A stretch of DNA of 64,000 nt, from contig JASGHG010000001.1 in the NCBI GenBank assembly GCA_047602425.1, forward strand, positions 1,950,263 through 2,014,262, written 5' to 3'. The notes under the pieces were generated by a model that did not search any database, was not told the DNA's origin, and worked only from the letters and a program-made list of their open reading frames with translations. How positions within the stretch are numbered: the stretch's first letter is position 1; every line of letters begins with the position of its first letter. Below are positions 31,578-40,300 of this stretch, in pieces. A program made the translations under genes and the position numbers. Source of the DNA: Nibricoccus sp. (GTDB lineage: Bacteria > Verrucomicrobiota > Verrucomicrobiia > Opitutales > Opitutaceae).

Positions 31578-32435
31578 ATGCACCTTCTTTCCAATAATTC
31601 ACTCCAGCTTGAGGTGCTTGATCCGGCCTCGGCATCTGAGCAAAGGCATCAAGGTATGCGGTTCTCACACGGTGGTTATATTTGGCAAGTGCGCGACGCC
31701 AGAGATCAAACAATGTTTGTTGGGCCGGAATGGCCAAATCCATTTCCCGACTCCTACAACGGGCAGGGACTTCCAGAATCATTTTCGCTAAAGCCCTATC
31801 CTGAAGATCAGCCGTCATGTGCATCTGACAAAATTCTGATACCTGGGGCAGGAATCACTTCTGCAGCAACAGGGAAAAGGAACGCAGTCGATACCCCTTG
31901 TAAATGGGAAATGGTTCGGAACGATACAGCTCTCGAATTTCGAACTGCCCACACAGCCGGACCACTAAACATGCTTTTCCAGCGTTCGATCGAACTACAA
32001 GAACAAACAATTATATCCAAGTCACTCATCACCAATACAGGCGACATCGCTTTTGTAATTACTTGGTTTGCCCATCCCTTTCTACCTCTTTCAAATGGTT
32101 TTGCTCAAGGTCAGTTACAGCCTGGATATGCAATGAAGGATAACTCGGATTTTACTATAGATTCAGGTCACATGTTTTCGATGCAGCGCCCCTTTCTGAA
32201 AGCAGGCGATAATCATCTCGAATGGCTTCAGATTGAGGCAAATAGCGACTTCGAAGCTATAGTGGCCCATCCGCACACAAAACAAATTCGTATTAATACC
32301 AACTTCATTCCTGATCGCTGTGCAGTATGGGCAAATAGCAAAACATGGTCGATCGAACCGTATACTATTAGGACAATACAACCAGGATATCGAGATACTT
32401 GGTTCATCACATATAAGCTGGATTTTGACAGATAA
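31578..32435 (+). CDS. Hypothetical protein, possibly aldose-epimerase-like
   Basis: 285-aa ORF with protein-like composition (LQLEVLDP...GMRFSHGGYIWQVRD...). The fold guess is weak. Confidence 0.45.
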   Translation: MHLLSNNSLQLEVLDPASASEQRHQGMRFSHGGYIWQVRDARDQTMFVGPEWPNPFPDSYNGQGLPESFSLKPYPEDQPSCASDKILIPGAGITSAATGKRNAVDTPCKWEMVRNDTALEFRTAHTAGPLNMLFQRSIELQEQTIISKSLITNTGDIAFVITWFAHPFLPLSNGFAQGQLQPGYAMKDNSDFTIDSGHMFSMQRPFLKAGDNHLEWLQIEANSDFEAIVAHPHTKQIRINTNFIPDRCAVWANSKTWSIEPYTIRTIQPGYRDTWFITYKLDFDR

Positions 32436-32936
32436 ACCCAAGGGCGGCTGTTACCGTACTAATACAGCACCAATCCGGACCATATGAATATCACCGGTAA
32501 TCGGATGTGAACCACGTTCCCGTTAGCGAACGGTTTTCGCAATCGCAGGTATGTCCGCCAGAGCGGAACGTTCTTTTCCCGGTGCGTTCTTGCTCTCTCT
32601 GGCCACCCCTCCCACCGGACCGCCGCTGCACAGACAGGTTCGTTTTGGTCCTCCTTAAAAGGAATCCCCCAACCGCCCCCTCGTTCCGCTCGGCACCCCC
32701 GCCCTTCGAGGAGAGAGCAATCCCGCTCCTCAAAATCAAAAAGGAACATGCGCAGATCCTTTGCGGACAGTCTAGGAATTCGCCCGTGTTGTCCGTCCAG
32801 GCGGTGCACTAATCATGGAATCCGAGCGGAGTGGCAACTTTGAGTGCCTCTACTGTAATTGCGGTAGCCAACCCACCGTGAATTCGGAGGGTCCGCCCTA
32901 TCGCTGGCGGGCAGCATCCCCTTCGACAATGTGAAC

Positions 32937-33170
32937 ATGCCGATCAATACCGAACCAACCAATCAGAAATACCGCCTCGACGCCGACAAGGCCGTCATCA
33001 TCCGCACCACGCCTCCTGTCGTAATGGATGTGAAAGAGGCAAGCGCCTACTTGGTTTGCTCTCCAAGAAAATTGCGCGATCTGATCGCGAACCGTCGCGT
33101 CAAGTCTGCTCGCATAGGAGCTAAAATCGTTATCCGTCGTGAATGGCTGGATATGTTTTTGGGAGCGTGA
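32937..33170 (+). CDS. Excisionase-family / MerR-like helix-turn-helix DNA-binding protein
   Basis: VMDVKEASAYLVCSPRKLRDLIANRRVKSARIGAKIVIRREWLDMFL matches the excisionase-type HTH pattern (..eAA.yL.vS..tl..li..g.i...riG.r..i....ld.fl). Confidence 0.65.
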   Translation: MPINTEPTNQKYRLDADKAVIIRTTPPVVMDVKEASAYLVCSPRKLRDLIANRRVKSARIGAKIVIRREWLDMFLGA

Positions 33171-33423
33171 GCATTTTTGTCGATATCGTCTGGGTTTACC
33201 TGCCAGATAAAAACAGCCCAACAACACAGCACAGGCTCGCCTTAGCCCCGTCATTTTTCCTAGGTTTTGTCTAAATAAATGCTTAGGTTACCAAAATTTG
33301 GCTATTTTTTGTCACATTTTGACTAAAACGGCTCGCCTGCTTGGCTAATTTGCCTAGTATTCAGGCATGCCTTCACATGCTGTCGCACATACCGCCGCCA
33401 AGGACTCCAACCCTACAGCCAAA

Positions 33424-33726
33424 ATGCGGAAGTTCACCACATCCACACTTCGCAACAAAGTGGGGCGTGTCATCAAGTGTATCAAAAATAACGAGAGCGT
33501 GCTTTTAACTACCCATAAAAAACCGCAGGCAGTCTTGGTCCCCTACGAGGAATATGTTGCAGCCTTCGCTCCCAAACCCAAATCCGAATCGTCCGCTTTG
33601 GAATTCTTAACGACACATTACGCCGAGTTGGCTGAATCCATGAACACCCCCGCTGCGCGTGCCGGTGCCAAGGAAGCATTCGAAGCCGGACCTGATGCGT
33701 TTCGTGACCTTCGACTCACGGAATGA
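33424..33726 (+). CDS. Type II antitoxin, Phd/YefM-like
   Basis: MRKFTTSTLRNKVGRVIKCIKNNESVLLTTHKKPQAVLVPYEEY is a typical Phd/YefM N-terminal fold pattern. Its stop overlaps the start of the next gene (ATGA at 33723-33726). Confidence 0.65.
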   Translation: MRKFTTSTLRNKVGRVIKCIKNNESVLLTTHKKPQAVLVPYEEYVAAFAPKPKSESSALEFLTTHYAELAESMNTPAARAGAKEAFEAGPDAFRDLRLTE

Positions 33727-34379
33727 GCACCAAGTCGAAAGCTAGCGCCGTCCCGCCAGCCAGAATCACTGTTCTTGCCGGTGTCAATGGTTCGGGGAAG
33801 AGCAGCCTGATGGGTGCGTTGCTGCATCAAAAAGGAGTATCGTTTTTCAACCCCGATGCTTTCGCGCGGCTGCTCCGAAAAGTGGATGCCGGTCTGAGCA
33901 TAGAAGCAGCCAATGGCGAGGCATGGAACGTCGGGCGGAAGCAGCTGGAGCATGCGATTAAAAACAAAGCGAGCTACAATTTCGAGACCACCTTGGGTGC
34001 AAATACGATACCTAAGCTCCTCAAACAGGCAGCACTGGAAGGCTTGGAGGTAGTGATATGGTATTGTGGATTGGTCACTCCCGAACTCAATATCCAGCGC
34101 GTTGCACAACGCGTAACCAAAGGAGGCCACGACATCCCAGAAGACAAGATTCGCTCCAGGTGGATTTCCAGCCGTGAAAACTTGATCCACCTCTTGCCAT
34201 TTCTGACCGAGGTCAAAGTGTTCGACAACTCGGCCGAGGCGACGGCGCAATCCGATGGCGGCTTTGCCCCCGCGCCCATTCTGCTACTTCACGTTCGTGG
34301 CAAGAAAATCGTGGCCTGCTCACCTAAGCCACCGGCATGGGCCAAACCGATCATCGCGGCCGCGCGGTTAAACGCGTAG
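33723..34379 (+). CDS. Zeta-toxin-like P-loop kinase / AAA ATPase (putative toxin)
   Basis: Walker A ITVLAGVNGSGKSS near the N-terminus. About 218 aa, translationally coupled to the upstream antitoxin-like gene. Confidence 0.6.
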   Translation: MSTKSKASAVPPARITVLAGVNGSGKSSLMGALLHQKGVSFFNPDAFARLLRKVDAGLSIEAANGEAWNVGRKQLEHAIKNKASYNFETTLGANTIPKLLKQAALEGLEVVIWYCGLVTPELNIQRVAQRVTKGGHDIPEDKIRSRWISSRENLIHLLPFLTEVKVFDNSAEATAQSDGGFAPAPILLLHVRGKKIVACSPKPPAWAKPIIAAARLNA

Positions 34380-34560
34380 GCATCCGATGCGAGTAATTGC
34401 CGGGTTTCATTGATTGTACGCCTCCGGCTGTAAATCACAGTAAACGAACGTGGGGCTGTGCGGTTCGCTACGCCCGACAGCCAGCCAAAACCTGACAGTT
34501 CGTCCTGTCCTTCTGCGATGGCTTACCCAAGGAAAAACGCGCTCACAACCCGCCGAAAAA

Positions 34561-34621
34561 TTCCTGCCAAATTCCTGTCAGAATTTGTGCAATTTCCTGC
34601 AAATTCCTGCCATTCCTGTCA
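34561..34621 (+). repeat. Five direct copies of TTCCTG(C/T)(C/A)A (iteron / arm-type-site-like array)
   Basis: TTCCTGCCA at 34561, TTCCTGTCA at 34572, TTCCTGCAA at 34594, TTCCTGCCA at 34604, TTCCTGTCA at 34613. All are in one orientation, 80-140 nt left of the att-like fragment. Confidence 0.7.
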
Positions 34622-34701
34622 ACTTTGCTCAAAAATAGTTATGCTGGAAAATTATGTTAGTTACGTAATTTCAGCAGGATACATACCCGCTATAAATCGA
34701 A

Positions 34702-34728
34702 TTCAACTCCCGCCACCTCCACCAATTT
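34702..34728 (+). repeat. tmRNA/tRNA 3'-end fragment (att-like, left copy)
   Basis: TTCAACTCCCGCCACCTCCACCA+ATTT. There is no 5' T-stem partner and no gene body upstream. Confidence 0.75.
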
Positions 34729-34780
34729 TTATCACGTAAGTCGCTGGTAATTTGTCGTGGGGACCATAAAAGTGGTCTCC

Positions 34781-34970
34781 GCGACAGCGTATGGGGCCTT
34801 TTGGTTTGCGACAGCGTTTGCGCTCCACGCATTGTCGTATGCTAGTCCCTAGAGGTAAGCTGATCTTCTGCTAGATTTGCGACAGTGTATGCGCCCCCGA
34901 ATTAAGGAAGATTTCAAGACCGACGAACAAGTAGGAAAGTCCATTTTGCAGCTGTTCGGATTGCGACAGT
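34781..34970 (+). repeat. Four direct copies of (T)TGCGACAG(C/T) just inside the left island end
   Basis: GCGACAGCG at 34781 and 34808, GCGACAGTG at 34879, GCGACAGT at 34963. A related TTTGTGACAGCG lies at 54741-54752 near the right end. Confidence 0.6.
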
Positions 34971-34972
34971 CC

Positions 34973-35470
34973 TTACGTGCCACGAACTCGATGGGGCCAG
35001 GTATCCCCGTCTGCGTCAGTCACTCGTGTCCCTATATTGACAGTGTCACCCGGATAATAAGTCACTGTTTTGTCGTAGTCGGGATCGAGGGCCATTGGAT
35101 TGTGACGCTCAGGCACATCGAGATTCGGGTCTACAATTGCCTCGAAATGACTTCCTTCCTTCGCATGGAAACCGGATTTAAGATAAATGGTGCTCGCAGA
35201 ACCGAAGTAAATGTCGGCACCACCCGGTTCGATCACTACATTTCCAGACGTACTGATGGAGCCTTCGTCGAGAATGACAATAGACGGCGGGCTGCTAGCC
35301 GTATCCTTTAACAGCAGTCCAGTTCCTGTGATCACTACACTGCCACTGCCGTTCAAAGAGACGGTGGTGTCGGCAAGCAGTGCGCTCACCGAGGCCATAA
35401 AAAATATGCAGGCAATGAGACTTCGGAGTAAGCGGCTTGATCGCAAATTCTGCCTGATCTGAAGATTCAT
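34973..35470 (-). pseudogene. Truncated duplicate of the N-terminal third of the 35529-36944 gene
   Basis: By my manual alignment, about 130 of the first 156 residues are identical to the 471-aa neighbour (MNLQI.QNL.SSR..RSLIACIF...LKxGFHAKEG.HF.AIVDPNLDVPERHNP...). Similarity ends abruptly after ...RVTD.DGD and the ORF stops 9 codons later. Confidence 0.7.
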
Positions 35471-35528
35471 GGAATTGAATGGACGGCTAAAATAGCTTGC
35501 CTTTCACCGCGAGCGTTCGATTACGACT

Positions 35529-36944
35529 TTACTGGGGGGCGATATTATAAACTCGTGGATAGGGAGGTTCGGTATGGTTCCCATCCGAAGGTTTGTGCAG
35601 ACATGTATATGTGATTTTATCCAGATACAGGCCAAAAGGCACTGTGGGGTCTAACATCCAGTACCATCCAGTACCATCCTCCCAGAGAAGGTCCACACGA
35701 TCCACGACCCACGATCTCGTTTCTCGATGGTAGATTGCTATATTTATAAATGTCTTCTCTGCATGAAATCCATATTTGTCATTATACCAGAATAATACGT
35801 AACCATTTCCTGCTTTATATTTCAGATTGTAAAAGCCAGATAAATCCGGTGATCCCCAGCTCCAAGGAACAACGCCATTATCGTTGATCTCAAAATATAT
35901 TTGGATCTGTTTATTTGTGCCAGTTCCGCCTATGGTGGCACTTGTAACCGTGGTCGGAATATTGATCCACGAAAGCACCTTGACCGTTGTCTGTGCCGAG
36001 TAAACCCAATCACTTACTGAATCTTTTACGGCCGTCCTCAGGGCATAGGTTCCAGGTAGGTAAAAATCTATACTGGCTGTATAAGTAGCGTCGCTTTGAT
36101 TTCCAGAAAGCGTCCCGGCGACAAACACCCAATCGCCGCCGGGTATTTTAACCTGGAGACCTATTGAAATCATGTCTCCATCTTGGTCCGTGGCATGGGC
36201 CGACACCTGCAAAACCTCGCCTGGATCTACAACCGAGGACTTCGGGACACTAGGTGCCGAAGGCACAGGCAGATGACTGCCAATGCTGATTGGCACTTCA
36301 TTCGAATAGATCCAGTCGCTCACTGAGTCCTTGGCGGTCGTGCGCAATAGAAATACTCCCCCAGTTGGAAACTGCACGGGAACCGTCTTCTGCGAGTCAC
36401 CACTCGAAGAGTATGACCAGTTGGCGAGAGTCACCCAATCGCCGCCTTCCTTCACTTGCAACGCATGAACGGTTATGTCTCCGTCGACATCAGTGACTCG
36501 TGTCCCTATATTGACAGTATCACCCGGATAATAAGTCACTGTTTTGTCATAGTCGGGATCGAGGACCACCGGATTGTGACGCTCAGGCACGTCCAGATTC
36601 GGGTCTACAATCGCCGTGAAATGACACCCTTCCTTCGCATGGAAACCAGGCTTGAGATAAATGGTGCTCGCAGAACCGAAGTATACATCGGCACCATCCG
36701 GTTCGATCGCTACATTTCCGGACGTACTGATCGAGCCTTCATCGAGTATGCCAATAAACGGCGGGGTGCTAGCCATATCCTTTATCATAAGCCCAGTTCC
36801 TGTGATCACTATATTGCCACTGCCATTCACGGATACAGTGGTGTCGGCAAGCAGTGCGCTCACCAAGGCCATGACAAAAATACACGCAATGAGACTTCGG
36901 ATGAAGCGGCTTGATGGCAAATTCTGCATGATTTGAAGATTCAT
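35529..36944 (-). CDS. Secreted protein: N-terminal LKPGFHAKEG-type module, two Ig-like repeats, unknown C-terminal domain
   Basis: Signal or anchor (IACIFVMALVSALLA). STIYLKPGFHAKEGCHFTAIV is a motif I recall from '3-coathanger stack'-annotated proteins. Two internal repeats (...TDVDGDITVHALQVKEGGDWV...AKDSVSDWIYS / ...TDQDGDMISIGLQVKIPGGDWV...VKDSVSDWVYS). A W/Y-rich roughly 130-aa tail follows. Confidence 0.7.
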   Translation of the reverse strand: MNLQIMQNLPSSRFIRSLIACIFVMALVSALLADTTVSVNGSGNIVITGTGLMIKDMASTPPFIGILDEGSISTSGNVAIEPDGADVYFGSASTIYLKPGFHAKEGCHFTAIVDPNLDVPERHNPVVLDPDYDKTVTYYPGDTVNIGTRVTDVDGDITVHALQVKEGGDWVTLANWSYSSSGDSQKTVPVQFPTGGVFLLRTTAKDSVSDWIYSNEVPISIGSHLPVPSAPSVPKSSVVDPGEVLQVSAHATDQDGDMISIGLQVKIPGGDWVFVAGTLSGNQSDATYTASIDFYLPGTYALRTAVKDSVSDWVYSAQTTVKVLSWINIPTTVTSATIGGTGTNKQIQIYFEINDNGVVPWSWGSPDLSGFYNLKYKAGNGYVLFWYNDKYGFHAEKTFINIAIYHRETRSWVVDRVDLLWEDGTGWYWMLDPTVPFGLYLDKITYTCLHKPSDGNHTEPPYPRVYNIAPQ

Positions 36945-37098
36945 GGTATTAAATTGAAGATAATATAGCCTGTTTGTTATCGCTAGAGCTCAATTGTGAC
37001 TACAGAGAATGCGGTTTGTCTTTCGCAGCATTATACTTGGTCAAGAGTCAAGACCTGACGTGTTTTTGCTCGTCTGTTGTGACGTGTTTTGCTCGTTT

Positions 37099-37305
37099 TT
37101 AGTCTGTTCTGATTTTCTTGATCGCCAAGGCAATACCGATCAAAAGGAATAGTGATATAAATATCACCGTTATCGCTTTGAATTGAACAGGGCTATAGCC
37201 AAACATAAGGTAGAGGACTGAACACGCGAATAATGACATCACCGCGCCGCCAATAGCACCACACAGTAGTCCGACAACGACAGTATATACTTTATTGTAA
37301 TTCAT
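37099..37305 (-). CDS. Small two-TM membrane protein, putative immunity protein for the RHS C-terminal toxin
   Basis: 68 aa with two hydrophobic helices (VVVGLLCGAIGGAVMSLFACSVLYL; ITVIFISLFLLIGIALAI). Its ATG overlaps the RHS stop codon (ATGA, 37302-37305). Confidence 0.65.
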   Translation of the reverse strand: MNYNKVYTVVVGLLCGAIGGAVMSLFACSVLYLMFGYSPVQFKAITVIFISLFLLIGIALAIKKIRTD

Positions 37306-40300
37306 TTATAATAATTATGAGCGGGTTGCGGTGCTGCACCTCCTGAGAAAAATAAATCCGTGACCGGAGATAAGTTCGCAACGACTACACCGGCCCCGGT
37401 ACCCAACTGGGTACCTAAAGTAGGCGGAGCTTTTTCACCGCGGAATAGGAGCGGCTTCCAACGCCCTTGTAAGGCCCCAGAATCGAGGAGGCCCTGCGTA
37501 AACGGACTTGGTTGCACAAATGACGCAAAGGCCCTTTCTGTGAGATCACCGGCTATAGATCCTCCAGCGCCAAACAGACCTCCTACGGTTGCAGCATACC
37601 CCAAATCTTTTTCCCAATCCGAACCACTAGCCACATTTTTCACTATTTGGCCAGTGCCGTTGATGACCGCACTACCTACACCGTTCAATACGGCACGACC
37701 GAGTATATTAGTCGTAAGCTGTGCAACCTTTCCTCCCAATCCTACGCCTGCCGCTCCAGCAAGACCACTCACTAAAACAGATGTTTTGTTCACCTTCGAC
37801 CAATCTCCATGATTACTTATCAGCTGCACTGTAAGATCTACTCCGGCGCCAATAAAAAAGCCCGCAATAGCCCAAGCAAATTTGCCTTCCGGGTCGGTCA
37901 TCATCACCGGGTTTCCGTTTGCAAACGCATACCAATTCATACCACCCGCAAAGCCAATTGGGTCGGCGTTTAGGAATCGTTGGGTATATGGGTTATAAAA
38001 CCTAGCTCGCATATAAACCAATCCACTCGACTCAGTCATCACTCCCAATGAACCGTGCAGAAGAAATGGAGTGTCAGCGCTGCCAGTTTGTGACCTCACC
38101 TGGCCGTAGGCCGCATATTCCCAACGTCCAAGTACCGAGGTGCCATTGTCGCTTGAGAGGGCGATAGTACTTCCCTGATGGTTGTAGTGGTAGGTTTTAG
38201 TGGCTCCATCTGTTTCTTCGTAAACAAGCCCGATTCCCCAAACATAGCGTGTGATCGTCCCGCCATTGTTGCGCACGAGGACCCGGCTGAGTGAAGCATT
38301 GGGGTCGACCAAGTAGTGGATCGAACCCACCCGATAGCGGTGGCCTTCGGGGTTGTAGCCGTAGCTGACATTGTTGCAGCTGCTGAGTCGATTGCGACCG
38401 TCGTAAGTATAACTGCCGAACGAGCCATCTTTTGGCAATGGACCTAGCGTCATGTTTCCATCGTCGTCGTGAATAACAGGAACGTCGTTCCACGTCTCCA
38501 ATCGGTTGTCGTTGTCGTAGGTCGCCGAGTAATAAGGCGCTGAAGTAACTCCGCCGGAGTCCGAGACCGGAGCGGTAACCGCGAGGTCAATCCGACCATC
38601 CTTGTCGTAGCGCAACACCTGTTGCCAAATCACATTCCCCAAGACATCGAGTTCCTGAACAAAGCAAAGCTGGCTTGCGGCGTCATATTGCATATTTCGC
38701 TTTGTTCCATTGGGCCGATACACCTGTTTGAGCCTGCCTCCTGCATCGTAAGCGTAAGATGTAACCCGCCCGTTCCAGTCACTGACCGATGCCATGCGGT
38801 TGTAGGCATCATATCCATAGGTTACCACCTTGTTGCCTGGGTAGGTGATCGTCTCCAGATTGCCAGCAGCATCATAAGTGTACTGAAGCGTGTTACCATC
38901 TCCATCCCGGTACAATTTCAACCGATTGAAATCGTCGTATTCTCGATGGGTGGTCATGCCGCCCTCCGATACTTCATGCAACATGCCGTTGGGATAATAG
39001 CTGAATGTCGTCTCAATACCCAAACCGTCTTTTTGCTTCAGTAGGCGGCCTTCGGCATCGTACTCTTTGAATTCGGTGACTCGCAGCGAAGGAGCAGTGA
39101 CCGTCTTTAACAAGCCACGCGTATCTTTTTCAACAATCGTACTTTTCTGCTCAGGAGTCTTGGTCGTCACCTTTCGCGCGACATCGTCGTAGGTCCAAGT
39201 ATAAGTCTGCTCCCGCCGGTTCTTGAGCGTTTTTGGACGCCCATCCTTGTCATAGCCATGGATGATCGAAAAGCCCATCGCGTCACCAGTAGAGTCAACT
39301 AAGCCCAAGCTATTGTAGACGCTATCAGTTTCGTGCCCCAGCGCCGTCTTCATGTAGTTACGCTGGCCGTTTGCATCGTAATCGAAATAGGTGTGTCGGA
39401 CGAGTGGATCGATCGTTTCTTTGAGCCGTGACGCGTCGTCATATTTAAACTGCGTATCGTTGCCAAAAGCATCGATAGTGAAGCCCAAGAGATTCCGTTC
39501 GTCGTAATGCTGCGATTTTACTACCTGGCCATCCGCTCCCTTCACCTCAATAAGGTTGCCCAAAGCATCATAGTCATAATCGACTTTATTATTGCGAGGA
39601 TCCAAGATGTAATCAACAGCACCAGCATCATCATATGTCGTCGTGGAAACAATAGAATCGCTCGGCGGAGTTCCTCCCACTGGTGAAGTCGCATCGTAAA
39701 GGCCGGACCATTGAACAGTTTTGGTTTTTTGCCGGCGTTTGTTATATTCGAAGGTCGTTTTCCGTCCACCGCGATCGATGAACTGTATAACATCACCCCG
39801 CGCATTCAGGTCGGTGATCTCGGTTGGGGCGGTCGTATCGGTCGGGGCGGTCGGGTAGGTGGCAGTTACTCGTTTTGTGTAACCCGCGACATCAGTATAC
39901 ACATAGCTAATGACTTCCCCTGCGGCGAATGCTGTCGGGTGTACCGTCAACACACGCCCACGCGAATCGTAAGTATATGAAGTGGTAAAGCCTCCAGTCG
40001 CTGTCACGTTCTTCACTTTGTGATACCCGTAGTATTCCGTAGTCGTTTGATTTCCTTCAAACGAGTTTTCCACACGCGAAGTTGAACTGTCGTCGTTCTC
40101 CGGAGTGATCGTTCGCGAGTTGCCGTCAGGATTGGTAACCTGGTTAACCTCGTGATGGGCGTCATAGGCCATTGTCGTCTCTTCACCTTTGGGCGACCGT
40201 GTATACTCTACCCGGTCGTTTCCGTCGTAGCCCCATCGCGAAACATTGCCGAGTTGGTCTCGGTAGGCGATCTTCCGACCACGCTCATCGAAATACGTCC

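Noticed and set aside
32459-32812. Overlapping 82-116-aa ORFs on both strands, considered as a decayed integrase gene.
   Set aside because: No tyrosine- or serine-recombinase motifs (R...HxxR...Y, or an S-based catalytic core) appear in any frame. The compositions are R/G/P-rich artefacts.
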